From: the human T2T-CHM13v2.0 reference genome, Homo sapiens
Strand: one strand, 5' to 3'
Length of the DNA: 64,000 nt
Assembly: GCF_009914755.1 (NCBI RefSeq)
Contig: NC_060941.1
The notes under the pieces are model-generated. The model saw only the letters and a program-made list of their open reading frames with translations. It was not told the origin of the DNA and did not search any database. Shown piece by piece: positions 1 through 18,716 of the stretch (position 1 is its first letter; the number at the start of each line of letters is the position of its first letter). A program made the position numbers and the translations under genes.

Positions 1-2353
1 TCGCCTCAGCCTCCCTTGTAGCTGGAACTATAGACATGTGCTACTGTGCCTGGCTACGTTTTTTCTTTTTTTAGAGATAGAGTCTCGTTATGTTACCCAG
101 GCTGGTCGAGAGCTCCTGGGCTCAAGTGATTCTCCCACCTCAGCCTTCCAAAGTGCTGGGATTATAGATGAGAACTACCATGCCCAGCCTCAACTTCTAA
201 CATAGCCCTGATCACACTTGTCTATCTTTACCTGTATACTACAAACTATCCAAGGGTAACATCTAGATCTCTTGAGCCACTACAGAGTATCATTAAATAG
301 TCAACAGATGAATTAGATAAAACAGAGAAGAGTTGGAAGTCAGAAAAAGAATGAGTAATGTTGGTACAATCTAGTCACCAGCGAATATGGTTAATAGGCT
401 TGGTTAAAAAACCCAAGTTCTATCCCAAACTATTACTATTTCATTATCATGGTTACATGGAAATGAAGCAGCTAAATGATCTTGTTTAATGTTCACAGAA
501 GAGCCAGAAGTAGAAACTCCATCTAACATAAAAGGCGACAGCAAAAATACCTACATACTTATGAAACACTTAGAAAAAAGGTGTTCAAAATTTTATCTCT
601 ACACAAGGCATTTTCTAACAGAAACTTTTCCTGGTTTTTGTTCTCATACACACGAAATAGAAGTCGATACCTTAGTTTCTGGCAGAGAGGAGAAAGAAGG
701 GGACTGAATTGTCAAAGCTCTAGCCTGAAACTCATTTCTATTATTTGTTTCTATTGAGAATCAGTTAATAGGGCCATTAACAATTTCTTCTGAAATTGTG
801 ATTGAAGAAAGAAAAAAAACTGACGTTCTTTATTTATTCTAAACCTCTATTTAATAACACCATTGTGGTGTAGATCCTACCAATCTGCGACTTGGTACAT
901 GTCAATGCTTCAGTAGAAAGACTCCAATTTATGCAAATGTGTCTCATACAGGTAATTTATTTTCAATTTCACAGGGACACATAGACATCATAGTAATGCA
1001 AGCTATAGGAGTAAATCTATTATGATAACATTACTAATAAATGTTACCAAACTAAATAAGTCAAGGATTTTTTTTTAATTTATAAAGTACATGTTTATTT
1101 TTGCTATTACATGCTTATTCTGGCTACCACTAAAGGACACAGGAGAGGTCCTTACCACAACCATTTAAAAAAATTTTTTAGGCCAGCACAGTGGCTCATA
1201 CCTGTAATCCCAGCACTTTGGGAGGCTGAGGCAGGACTGCTTGAGCCCAGGAGTTTGCAACCAGCCTGGGAAACATGGCGAGACCTGGTCTCTACAAAAA
1301 AAAAAAAAAATTAGCTGGGCATGGTGGTGCACACCTATAGTCTCAGCTACTCGAAAGGCTGAGGCAGGATTGCTTGAACCCAGGAGGTCGAGGCTGCAGT
1401 GAGCCAAGATCCCACCACTGCACTCTAGCCTAGGCAACAGAGCAAGATCCTGTCTCCAAAAAAACAAACAGACAAAAAAAAAAACAAAAGAAATTTCTTG
1501 AAAGAATAGATGTACTGGCCAGGCGCAGTGGCTCACGCCTATAATCCCAGCACTTTGGGAGGCCAAGGCAGGGAGATCACTGGAGGCCAGGGGTTTGAGA
1601 TCAGCCTGGCCAACATAACGAAACCCCATCTCTACTCTAAAAATACAAAAAAATCAGCCGGCATGGTGGCACACACCTGCAGTCCCAGCTACTTTGGAGG
1701 CTGAGGCAAGAAAATCACTTGAAGCCGGGAGGCAGAGGTGGCAGTGAGCTGAGATCCTGTCAGTGCACTCCAGGCTGGGTGACAGAGCAAGACTCTGTCA
1801 AAAAAAAAAAAAAAAAAAAAAAAAGAGAGAGAGAATATATGTACTGCCAGATTAAGAGGAAAAAAACATTTCCATCATCTCAGATATCCTTACGGTTGTT
1901 CCCAATTAATCTGCACACCCCTGAAATCACTATTCCAACTTCTATCACTATTTGTTAGTTTTGCTTCTGTGTTCTTCGACTTCATATAAATGGAATCATA
2001 CAGTATATATTCTTTTTTGTTTGACTTCTTTTGCTCAATATAAGGTTAGCCTTACCACAACTTAGTCAAATGGAAGAAATACAGATGATAGGCTATAGTT
2101 GCCAAGGGCTCTGTCTACATAATTCTTATAAAATGCCTAGCTTATAATAAATGTTTTCACATACAGTTTCAGAGTTGCTTAAAGATGGAATGGCTCTCTT
2201 TGGAGATAACTTGGAGGTGTTTTACCCACAGGTCCAGATAAGTACTTGGTAGGGAGGATGCCAAAGAGATTCAAGCATGTATATAAGCGATACATCCCAA
2301 ATGGAGTACATGATATTTTTAGAAAAAGATAAATTAGTTCTATCTAGACTCAC

Positions 2354-2416
2354 CTTTGTGGTGTCATGTGCATTCAGTATGCCTTCTACAATATCAGAGA
2401 GATCCATATGTAATTC
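2354..2416 (-). CDS. USP32: USP32 coding exon (inferred exon 9), 63 nt, phase 0->0
   Basis: Translates ELHMDLSDIVEGILNAHDTTK. Acceptor ttatttttaaag|GAA, donor AAG|gtgagt. Confidence 0.96.
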
Positions 2417-2917
2417 CTTTAAAAATAACCCAAAGGAGTAATTAGAAAACAGTGAATATACTTTTAATTTTGTTATTCAATGGCTAAAGTATATTAAGCA
2501 AGATTTGTTTTGCTTTTCTTGTAGAGATGGGGTCTCCTTACGTTGCCCAGGATTATCTCAAACTCCTGGGCTAAAGTGATCCTCCAGCCCTGGCTTCCCA
2601 AAGTGCGGAGATTCCAGGCAAGAACTACTGCGCCCGGCCTTGCTCAAGTATTTTTATAATTACCATAGATTCTCATATATGATTAAAAATTAAGATAACT
2701 TTCCTATGGTTTCATTCTTATTTTACATAGTTCAGTTTAAGATTTTCTAAGCCAAACTCTCTTTCCAATTTTGCATCTTCAGCTATAAATATTTTGAGTA
2801 GCATAATGTAGTAACTAAAAGCAGTAACAAATTATTTTATGCTTTTAAAGAAAATGATTCCCTCCAATTTCCCATTGGAAGTTTATACGCAACAAGACAT
2901 ACACAATCATAACTTAC

Positions 2918-3033
2918 AGGAATATCATCAGTGCGGTTGTCCTTCCAGACTTCTAAAAGTGCAACCACCATGTCTCTCAGTTCAACCCTGGAGAGAACTC
3001 CATCACGGTCAACATCAAATACCTTGAAGCAAA
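2918..3033 (-). CDS. USP32: USP32 coding exon (inferred exon 8), 116 nt, phase 1->0; EF-hand loop DVDRDGVLSRVE
   Basis: Translates (F)CFKVFDVDRDGVLSRVELRDMVVALLEVWKDNRTDDIP. Acceptor tcattag|TT, donor CCT|gtaagt. Confidence 0.97.
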
Positions 3034-3401
3034 CTAATGAAAAGAAACTCTTATGGAGGAAAATCATTTTTGTATTCTGAGGTATAATATATTTTACTAG
3101 AAGTTGCCCTTGTATAATTACTTAGTTTTTAAAGCAAGTATATGTATTCTGGAACAGTTCTCATCTGTAATAAACTATATTATGTCATTATAGTCCTCAG
3201 AACTTGTAGGACTTCCTGCATATCATGAATCTGTATCTCTAAATCATTATTCAGATATAAGACCCTACCCTTCAGCCAAATCTAAAGCTAAATGCCTTAC
3301 AAACTGTCAAGAAAGGGCGAAGTTACTGTACAATAAATATTACAATACCTTACAAGTTTTTAGGAAGTAATGCAAACCCCTAGGTTAATTTCTAATATTG
3401 A

Positions 3402-3736
<335 letters not shown>

Positions 3737-4774
3737 TAGACACGTGCCACCATGCCTGGCTAAGTTTTTGTATTTTTAGTAGAGACGGGGTTTCACTGTG
3801 TTAGCCAGGATGGTCTCGATCTCCTGACCTTGTGATCAGCCCATCTCAGCCTCCCAAAGTGCTGGGATTACAGGCGTGAGCCACTGTGCCCGGCCAATTT
3901 TTGTATTTTTAGTAGAGACGGGATTTCACCATGTTGGCCAGGCTGGTCTCAAACTCCTAACCTCAAGTGATCCACCGGCCTTGGCCTCCCAAAGTGGTAC
4001 GATTACAGGCATGATGCACGGTGCCAGGCCAGCAGAGTTGTTTGTTTGCTTAAAATATCCTATTTACAGCTGGGCATGGTGGCTCACGCCTGCAATCCCA
4101 GTACTTTGGGAGGCCGAGGTGGGCGAATCGCGAGGTCAGGAGCTCGAGACCAGCCTGGTCAACATGGTGAAATCCCGTCGCTACTAAAAATACAAAAAAT
4201 TAGCTGGGCGTAGTGGCGGGCGCCTGTAATCTCAGCTACTTGGGAGGCTGAGGCAGAATTGCTTGAACCCGGGAGGCGGAGGTTGCAGTGATCCAAGATC
4301 GTGCCCCTGCACTCCAGCCCAAGCAACAGTGCGAGACTTCGTCTCAAAAAAGAAATCCTATTTATATCAAGAATCTTAAGCTGATATAAAGACAGTCCAC
4401 TTCCATGTTACCTTTCCAGTATAACTAATGTACATTCAATCTTTTTTTGGCAAAAACAATTTTAACTCTTTTTTTTTTCTTTTTTTTGAGATGGCGTCTC
4501 GCTCTGTCACCCAGGCTGGAGTGCAGTTCTCAGCTTACTGCAACCTCCGCCTCCTGGGTTGAAGCGATTCTCCTGCCTCAGCCTCCCGAGTAGCTGGGAC
4601 TATAGGTGTCCACCACCACGCCCGGCTAACTTTTGTATTTCTAGTAGAGACAGGGTTTCACCATATTGGCCAGGCTGATCTTGAACTCCTGACCTTGTGA
4701 TCCGCCTGCCTTGGCCTCCCAAAGTGCTGGGATTACAGGTGTGAGCCACCGTGCCAGGCCTTTTTTTCTTTTGA

Positions 4775-5068
<294 letters not shown>

Positions 5069-6392
5069 TAATGAAATTCAAACACAACATGCTAACAATT
5101 AGAACACCAGTGCTTTGCTATTTAACTCCAAATGAATCATTCTAGTTTAACTTCCATTAGTTCATCAGCAAAAAAAGAAATTAAAACAAAATTTTTTAAG
5201 ACAACAATTAACTTTAATGGAAATGCAGAGCTGGGCATGGAGGCTCATGTCTATAACCCCAACACTTTGGAAGGCTGAGGTGGGCGGATCATTTAAGGCC
5301 AGAGGTTCGAGACTAGCCTGGGCAACATAACAAGACACTATCTCTATTTAAAAAAAAAAAAAAAATTAGCCAGGCATGGTGGTACATGCCTGTAGTCCCA
5401 GCTACCTAGGAGGCTAGGATGGGAGGATCCATTGAGCCCAGAAGTTCAAGGTTACAGTGAGCTACGATCACACCACTGCACTGCACTGGACTCCAACTTG
5501 GGCAACAGAACAAGACCCTGTCTCAAAAAAAAAAAAAAAAAAAAAAAAGATTTTAGCTTCCTCATCTAAGAGCAAATTGTAATGGAAACAACCAAGCCAG
5601 TTTGAAATAGTGGTATAACAACAGGGAATAAAAATAGAGATTTGAATTTTTAGTTGAAAAATTATTTCATATACCTTCATAATAGAATTATGGCTATTAA
5701 ATCAATTGAGCGCATCATAGTACAACAGTACTAAATACGATAAAAATATTGAACACCACACCCAAAATATGCAACATTTGGGAAGATTTATTTTAGAAAG
5801 ACGTGGAGATAATGACCCCAGTAAATATATTTGAGTTAGGTTCCAATTAAATGTAAATGCCTGCATTTTTACAAATATGGTTAAGATTTAATAATGGAAT
5901 GTATTTATGCTTACAAATTATGCTACAACATTTTAGTTAGGTTAAAAAAGATCATTTTAGTATTTGACAAAATTAGTTTTGACCATAAATTTTCTTTTGC
6001 CAATGAAATATTAATCTGTGCCAGTGGATGGAAAATGAGTTATGCCTCAACTTATGTAAGACACAAAATTCTACCAGAAAAATATTTCCTAAATGTTTAA
6101 AATTTTCAATTACATCATAGCTGATCTGATTCATTTATCATGAATTACAAATTCTTCAGGAAAATCAACTCCATTGTTAATAGCAAATATCCCAAACTAT
6201 TCCATAGTAAAAAAGAAGAGGTGATTGATTCCTTAGAGTGACCTCAGTAAAACCCTAACATGAGATTAATATTTGTTAATCTGACAAAGTTATAAAAATT
6301 CAAGCCTTAATCCACAGATAATTTTACATTGATGAAAACTGATTTTCTCTCTACATAGTTTGCAATTTTTTGACAATGTTTAACACACTTAC

Positions 6393-6500
6393 ATTTTTGT
6401 CTTTCAGCCAGGGGTCCCCTGCAACAGGCTGATAACCCACAGGATATCTCCTTAAAATCTATGTGATTGTCACGATTTTCATCAAAAGCATTAAACAAAC
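6393..6500 (-). CDS. USP32: USP32 coding exon (inferred exon 7), 108 nt, phase 1->1; EF-hand loop DENRDNHIDFKE
   Basis: Translates (G)LFNAFDENRDNHIDFKEISCGLSACCRGPLAERQK(F). Acceptor ttttacag|GT, donor AAAT|gtaagt. Canonical 12-residue EF-hand pattern. Confidence 0.97.
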
Positions 6501-7432
6501 CTGTAAAATAGGAAGAGATGCCATAAATCACAGCCAAGCTTCCTAATGTTAATAATGACATGTTTACAAAAGGAGGAATGACTCTTTCCCATAAACTGAC
6601 TGAATTTTTTTTTAAGTTTATTAGTAGTTCCTAATGTTTCAGGAAGTACCTCTTTCCTCTTGGTATAATTATAATTGAAACTTGTGATCATGGCAGAAAA
6701 TACATTACAATCCTTTAGTGTTTGGTTATGTCCATCTATATTTATCTTACATCATTTTTAATGGCTAAAATGACTATTTTTGAAGTCAATAAATAAAAAT
6801 TAAAAACCAAAAAAAGGTCAGAAATTGCAACAATTATCCTTACTTAGAAAGACTAAGAAGAAAAAGGGAAAAAAGAAAGAAAAACTGAACTGCTTATTAA
6901 ATGAATACTCGAAGATACACTATGGTATCATTAATAAGCTCCCATAAAGCTCTTTCATAAAGCAAAGGAAGATACACTATGCAACATAAGAGAAAGAAAT
7001 TCTCTACTACAGTGTCTCTTTGTACTGTTGAATCTTTTATACATGAATATTTTAAATTTCACAAAGGGAATTTATAATCTAATCCTGTGGTTTTCAAACA
7101 TTTCGTAAAAAAAAGAAATGAAACAATTTTGTTTTCAAATGAAATGATACATCAATCCCAATTCTAAAAAGGTAAAAACACAATGCACTGTTGTTGAAGT
7201 AGGTAGAAACCCAGAGCCCTATCTGCCCTGGCTCCCCTGACAAGTACTTCCGAAGTACTCTAGAAATTTGAAGAATACAGATAGTATATTCCCAGAATCT
7301 AACGCAGTGCCCTCAGTTTAGGGATTAGAAAACTAAAGCTCAGAGAAAATTACATGATTTGCCAAATATAAGTTTTAAAAGGTGAGAGCTGGAAGCAGAA
7401 CCCAAGTATTCATATTCAAAATATGATTTTTA

Positions 7433-7846
<414 letters not shown>

Positions 7847-8292
7847 TCATCTTTTTTTGGAGGGGAGAATACAGCAATGGAATCTTCTTATGTAAAAGAA
7901 AAAAAGTAGAGGCACCCTACTGGAGGAAGAGACGAGGTCATGTGTGGAAACATGGAGCTCTGCCCATTCAGTGGCCACCACATGACTCCAGGCACTAGCT
8001 ACTAATGCACCTTACTGGAACACAGTATCACAACCACTGCCTTGGTCAAACACATTTTATACATGAGCATGCTCGGGTGCAGAGAGCTAAACTGATTTAT
8101 GCAAGGTTATAACAGGTAGAATATCAGGCTCAAGACTATAATAATAATTCCCATTTGTTTTTCCCCACTCCATTAAACCTGCAAACATATGAGAAGATGG
8201 TTTCTTAGAGTTAAAATGTATTGGTTACAAATATGAGATGGGCTCAGGTATGTTTACCAGTGAACATATGTAGAAAATGGAATGATCCCTAC

Positions 8293-8424
8293 CTTCACTT
8301 AGAGATGGACGAATAGGTGGTGAAACCAATGGGCCAAATGTCTCTAAATCAAATCGTCCAGTCCGGGATTGAGCCTTCAATAACCAATAGCGTTTCTCAA
8401 GATCAATGATGTCTGATTCCTCCA
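8293..8424 (-). CDS. USP32: USP32 coding exon (inferred exon 6), 132 nt, phase 1->1
   Basis: Translates (L)EESDIIDLEKRYWLLKAQSRTGRFDLETFGPLVSPPIRPSLSE(G), seen in ORF 8225..8425. Acceptor cccttag|TG, donor GAAG|gtaggg. Confidence 0.97.
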
Positions 8425-9469
8425 CTAAGGGTCAAATCAAAAAAGATTATAAAACCTCAGAATTCTCTTCTCAGGAGTTCAGTTCATCCTGATAATATAT
8501 CTTCCACAGATATATTTTAGTTTCACAATTCAATTGCTAAAAAATAATCACGACCAAAAACAAAACTGAAATTTATTATATCCAAAATGGTAGGAAAATT
8601 AAACCAAAATAAACAAAATGAAGCTTTAAAACAGAAAAAAGAAATCTACAATTCCCCATTTAAGTAGGCTGTTAAATCCAACATTTAAAATAAAAATTAA
8701 GCTATTTCTTTTGGGTTTCCCACACCACTTTTACCTGTACTGATTTTTTTTCTTCTTTTTTTTTTTTTAAGAGACAGGGTTTTGCTCTGTCACTCCCAAG
8801 CTGGAGTGCAGTGACACGATCATAGTTCCCTACAGCCTCAAATTCCTGGGCTCAAGCCATCTTCCCACCTCAGCCTCCCAAGTAGCTAGGACTACATGTG
8901 TACGCCACCACATCCAGCTAATTTTTTAAAAACTTTTTGCAGAGATGGGGTCTCGCTATGTTGGTCAGGCTGGTCCCAAACTCCTGGTCTCAAGCAGTCC
9001 TCTCACCTCTGCTTCCCAAAGTGTTGGGATTATAGGTGTGAGCCACTGTGCTCAGCCATTTTTGTTTATTTTCAATCTCTATCTTGGATTTAAAGTTTCT
9101 ATGTACAGCTTCTCTCCTGGCTAGACTGTAAACATCATAATGGCAGGACCTATGTCTGATTCATCCTGTCAATACAATTAATGACTTACACATTCAATAC
9201 TTATTGAATAAATGAAAAAAGTCAGCACTGACAGAGAAGATGGAGTAGGAGTCCCTATGTGATAGCAATAGCAAAGCCATGAAAGCATGAACACCTGTCT
9301 CTCCTCATTCCTCAGAATATACATCAAAAATCGCAAATAGGCTCTAAACCATTTTATCTGTGTTTGTTTTTCCTCCAAGGAACTAAAGTAAAATTTACAA
9401 AGCGTACATAGGACATTTATTCTCAACTAAACACAGGAACCAAAGTGATCCTGTTAAAATATAAATCTA

Positions 9470-11710
<2,241 letters not shown>

Positions 11711-11749
11711 AGCAGGAAGACCAGTTAAGTATCTATGTAAACAGAATAA

Positions 11750-12110
11750 GGCTAACAATGTTACTTCTCTGCCTCAAAACCTTTCAATACTTCCCCATGA
11801 TCCTGCATGGCTTACACCCACAACTCCTTCAGATCTTTACTCAAATGTCACATTCTCAGACCATCCAAACCACACCACCTTCAAAGATACTCCTCTATCC
11901 CTCTTCCCTGCTCTACTTTACTCCATAATACTTATCAACTCTAATATAAAATTTATTCATTTGTTTTGTTTATTGAGCATCTCCCTTGATTAGAACATAA
12001 GCTTGAGGGCTGAGTTTCTGGTATGTTTTGTTCCCTGTTACAGTCTAACACCAGAATAATATCAGGCACATTTTGAGCACTCAATAAATAAGTTTAATGA
12101 ATAAATGAGA
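11750..12110 (+). mobile_element. L2 3' fragment
   Basis: cctcaaaacctttcaa...ctcaaatgtcac...gcactcaataaata...tgaataaatga pattern of the L2 3' end. Confidence 0.6.
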
Positions 12111-12292
12111 AGTATTGGCCGGGCGCGGTGGCTCACGCCTGTAATCCTAGCACTTTGGGAGGCCAGGGCAGGCGGATCACCTGAGGTCAGGAGTACAAGA
12201 CCAGCCTAGGAAACATGGTGAAACGCCATCTCTACTAAAAATACAAAAATTAGTGAGGTGTGGTGGCGTGTGCCTGTAATCCCAGCTACTCA

Positions 12293-12421
<129 letters not shown>

Positions 12422-12959
12422 TTATTTGTTGAGCTGTTTTATACATACATACACACACATACCCCCACACCCCTCTTCAGGATAATGCTAACTGTGATAA
12501 AAGATAACAATTAGTACCAGACATGACCTTGGCATCTAATAACTTTCATTTATTTATTTATTTTTCCTGTTAGGTCAGTTTAGCAAAGTAACTCTTAAGT
12601 TACCTGGAAAGATAAGAACAAAGTTCCCTAAATTTCCAGGGCCTTCAAAGCATTTGATGTATTTTTTTTCCAAGACGGAATCTCACTCTGTTGCCCAGAC
12701 TGGAGTGCAGTGGTGTGATCTTAGCTCACTGTAACGTCTGCCTCCTAGGTTCTAGCGATTCTCCTGCCTCAGCCTCCTGAGTAGCTGGGATTACAGGCAC
12801 CTGCCACCATGCCTGGCTAATTTTTTGTATTTTTAGTAGAGACCTTGTCTCTATTTAAAAAAAAAAAAAAAGTATGGAGCAATAAAGATAAAATTTTCAC
12901 AGAGGAATATACACTGTGTCATATAGTTTTGCTTTTTAAACTAAGTAACTAATTCACTA

Positions 12960-13187
<228 letters not shown>

Positions 13188-16100
13188 TCATACTAAAGAA
13201 TGCTGTTTTCGTTTTTTAATGCTGAAGTATCTACTTCAAATATCCAGATAACTGAATTTATTTAAAAGGAGAGAGTATTTTAAAATTTTAGCAATAGGGA
13301 GAACAACAAAGGAATCTGATATATAAATTGAGATTCCTAAATAAGATGTCTGTCTATTCCATTTATGATGCTAAAAAGAAAAAGAAGCCTCTTTCATTCC
13401 TCCAGAGAAACACTAGCTTTTTCAAGTTCTAAACTCTTCCAAGTAGTAGATCAGCATACAAAAAAATCTAACCCTGAAACAAAAGGAAGATAGCAGTCTT
13501 GACGATAGAAACTGTTCTTATTTCTATACTTCTCAGTATTGAGAATATAATAGGTGTTCAATAAGTACTTCTGATTAATTGGTGTTTACATAATACAGTA
13601 AATTGAAACACAGAAAAATCATATTAACTGTGATTCTTTTTTTTACTTTGAAAACTATGTTAATCAATCTCCTTAAAAAACACAATTTCTTTGCTGAAGC
13701 AGAAATGTGGAAAGACAAGTAAAACATATTTACAAGAAAAAAATGATCAGATTGGTCATGGTCACCAGTGAAAAACATCCTTTAGTGCTGACGTTTAAGT
13801 GTATGTGATCTGTTCATTTTCTGGATATAGACTGCACATTCCTCAATCAAACATTTGTCAAAAGCAAGCTAAAGTAGATTACATATACATATATATATAT
13901 ATATATATAAAATTACCAAACATTTTACATGAATTGGCAGCTAAATTACTAGGAAGAGGGAGTTTAACTAACCTTATTTTCACTTACAGAAGTTTGAAGC
14001 AGTAATTTCAGTAGTTACTCTTTCTATTTGCAATGCATAAGTCACTATGAAAACTTAGTCTATTGGCTAAATAAGAATGAATTTATCACCCACCTATAGG
14101 TATAATTTTTTCTGGGTCACAACAGCAGTATACCATATTCCCAACATTCTAAGTAGTTCTTGGTCTGCACTTTGGGCCATCCTAATCAGGTCTCACCTCA
14201 CCAAAGGCTCCAGCTGCAGACAACAACTCTTTAATGCCAGAAGTCAATCCTCATCAAAAAGGCCAGGCACATATCCAAATATTTTCATACAGTAACACAT
14301 TTCTTTAACATTTTTGAAAAACAACCTCCTCTCAGGAGCAATGACCTTCTGAGATCTACTTAAAATGGCTGTAAGCCTTGCATCACTAACGGATAAGAGG
14401 ATAATGAAGGAGAGGCACACAGATTTACTAGGCAGTTCATGGTCTAAGAATCACCAAAGTCCTTTATTCCCTATTGACAGAAGGCTTTAACATTGTAAAC
14501 TAAAATGTGGTAAGGGACCATAATAATATACATATTGTTAGTTGAAATAAATGCTAAAACAGATAAGGACAATATACATTTCTTGAGTTAGCTCTGAAAA
14601 GAGAAACAATCAAAATGAATTATAAAGTCCCATCACCAAAATTAGAATTTTAACTACTTCAGAATCCAGATTCTACCATTCAAAGAAATCACTCAGTTAG
14701 CAAGCTGAATACATTATGATACATTCTGGGGAAATGCCAAAAACTTTCTTTATTTATTGGAAAACATTTACAAGACAGAATAGATATATGTTTTCTTCCA
14801 AATATTGCTGAATTCTACAAAAGAATATGACTATTAAAAAAATAACTTAATAATAGTTCCTTTTTTTTTTTTTTTTTGAAGAGACAGGGTCTCACTCTGT
14901 CACCCAGGAGTGATCATAGCTCAATGTGGCCTCAACCTCCTGGGCTCAAGTGATCCTCCCACCTCGGCCTCCACAGTAGCTGGGAATATACGCATGTGCT
15001 ACCACATCCAGCTAATTTTCAAATTTTTTGTAGAGACGGGCCTTGCTGTTTCCCAGGCTGGCCTTGAACTCCTGGACTCAAGTGAGCCTCCTACCACAGC
15101 CTTCCAAAGTGCTGGGATTACAGGCATGAGCTACTGCACCCAGACAATAAATAAAAATTTTAAAAGCCACATCATATTCTGGAAACATTTAGTAAAAACG
15201 TATTATATGCCTGACATTGTACTAAAAACTACACATATGACTGTGAACAAGACAATTATGTTTAGAGATGAGAAGTGAAAACTGATCATTTTCATCTAGT
15301 GTGGAAAGTACAATGAAAAAATAGAGAGTTTTCTGGGAGCACATACATGGGTAGGCCCTGGAGGTCTCGATGTTTAAAGAGGTACATGAAGAGAATCTAA
15401 GGGTTAACTAGGGAAAGGAAAAGGAGTGTGGCAGAAGGAAATTATAAGCAGAGGTAAAACAGGATGTGTAAAAGTCTGAAGGTAAGACAGATAGTAATAG
15501 GACAGAAAGACAAAAAAGCAGTTGTGTTAAGTTTTAATTCAAAAACAAGAAAAAGGATCACCTATAGAAAGGTTTATACCATGGACCCAAGATAAAAGGC
15601 AAAAAACAGGAAAGAATTTTAGTTTCCAATGACAAAACAAAAAAAGTATAAAGATAACAGTTGAACCTGGAATAGCAGGCATTTCAGTCACAACGTAGAC
15701 ATTTCAAAGAGAAGATGACTTGGAGCTGCTAGACTGCTTGGAGAGGACTATTCACGTACTACAGTATAGGGGATGGCATAGACAGATTTAAAATAGTGAA
15801 AGTCTGATTAAAACTAATCAATTAAAACTAATTACATTTTAACTTTATAGTCTGTCTCTCCAAACTCCAACACTGTGTGTATTATATAACTATGGACAAA
15901 ATGGAAAAGGAAAGAGTATTATAAGAAAAAACAAAAATGACTAGGGTTTGATCATTCAAAGTAGAATCAGAGGAGGAGAGGGAAGAACTGTACTAACTTA
16001 TTTCAAACTTTTAATTACATAGAATGTTTATGCTCCCTATACAAGCTTTCTGACTCAACATCATCATCGAGATGCTCAGCATCATCACAAACATCATATC

Positions 16101-17026
16101 TGTCCTCCTGTACCTTTAGTACAAACGGCTTTAAAGATTAACTTGTCATTAATCCTGTTGACTGGGCACAGTGGCTCACACCTGTAATCCCAGCACTTTG
16201 GGAGTCTGTGGCAGGGGAGGATTGATACCAGCCTGGGCAACATGATGAGATCCCATCTCTACAAATAATTTTTAGAAATTAGCCGGGTGTGGTGAATGCA
16301 CCTGTGGCCCCAGCTACTCAGGAGGCTGAGGCAGGAGGATCCCTTGAGCCTGGGAGGTTGAGGCGGCATTGAGCCATAATTGTACCACTGCACTCCTGCC
16401 TGGGGAGCAAGACTCTGTCTCAAAAAAAAAAAGAAAAAAAAAACCTTATCTATATTTCACAAGTAATTTTACAAATAAAATCTGAAGTATTTAAATAGCC
16501 AGGCATGCTGGCTCACACCTGTAATCCTATCACTTTGGGAGGCTGAGGCAGGTAGATCACTAGAGCCCAGGAGTTTGAGGCCAGCCCGGGCAACATGGTA
16601 AAACCCCTTCTCTACAAAAAATACAAAACTTAGCCAGGCCTGGTGGTGTGCGCCTGTAGTCCCAGCAAGTTGGGAGGCTGAGGTGGGGGGATCACTTAAG
16701 CCTAGGAGGCGGAGGTTGCAATGAGCCTAGATAGGGCCACTGCACTCCAGCCTGGGCAACAGAGCCAGAGCCTGTCTCAAATAATAATAATAATTAATAA
16801 TAATAATAATAATAATAAAATGTTTAAACAGCAAATTAGGATAGAAAAATACAATGGTATTGATTAAAAAATTAGTTAAGATGTATTAAACCATAAACAC
16901 TTGAACTTTGGGCTAAAGTTCTGATTCCACTTCTTAATTTAAATAGATAAGGTAATAATAGTTTGGAATTTACACTTCAGAAAAATGTAATTACCATGAC
17001 AAAATCTAAAATCTTGGGTAAATTGA

Positions 17027-17351
<325 letters not shown>

Positions 17352-18277
17352 TAATTATTCTAAGTCTGTACTGAATACAAATAGCTCCACAGTTTCCTTT
17401 GTGATTCACATCAAAGAGAACAAAATATGATTAAACGTGGCAGTGTGTTCAACTTACTGTGACTTCAAATTTTACTATATATTTGTGTATGAAAAAGTAA
17501 TTAAAGGCATCTGCATGTTAACATGTTATTTAGAAGTTAAAAATTGTAATTCCTTTTTGTTTCCTAGATACCTTGGCTCATTACACAAATTTAAATGGAG
17601 TCACTGATGCTTTAAAATAAATGTCTACTTATAAATCAGTTAATAACATTCCCTATTTTTATCACAAGTTTCCACATTCCTAACACATTATTAGAACAGT
17701 TCAATGTACCAAATATTATTTGAGTAGAAGAGCCTGCAAAGACATCAATAGTGAATTGTTTAGCCAGAATCAGACTGAGAATTTATAGGTAATATAAATC
17801 ATAGTCATCAAATTGTAAACCTAACCATGTCAGAATTTCTCTAAGAAACTTAGCAGTAATTCTGACTTTGTGATAATGCTTTTCATAGTAAGACTCACTA
17901 AGAAAGTAGCTGCTTGCCAGAAGCCAGCAGCAATTCAGTTGTCTGTTGAATAAATTTGTTGGTTCTTTGTTTTTATAGATTATAAAATAAAAGTAAACAA
18001 ACTGGTAAGAAAAACACTGTCTTTCCACAAATCTGGGCAAGTTAATTTTTATACTGATCTACAGCCCTCTATTTGAAAATTTGCTTGATCCCAAAACAAT
18101 TATTCTCTGAAGACAGAGGGGTAAAAACCACTGACATTCACAAAGCCAAGTGTTCACAAATATAAGAGGATGCATATTCATTATAAAACACATGCTCTGG
18201 CCGGGTGCAGTGGCTCACGCCTGTAATCCCAGCACTTCGGGAGGCCGAGGCGGATGGATCATGAGGTCAGGAGTTCA

Positions 18278-18545
<268 letters not shown>

Positions 18546-18716
18546 TTACCTAATTTACTCCTTGAAACAGCCTTATAAGGTAAATTGTATCATTATCCCT
18601 GTTTTACAAAGGAGGAAAAAGAAGTTCAAAGAGGTTAAATCTATTTCCCACAGCAATAGTAAGTGGCAGGGGTAGTCTGTGTGACACAGAGGTTGAAGAA
18701 CTACTAAATATTTTAT

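Noticed and set aside
1165-1629. 154-aa ORF and the many similar '[15 protein letters not shown]' ORFs
   Set aside because: These are translations of Alu sequence.
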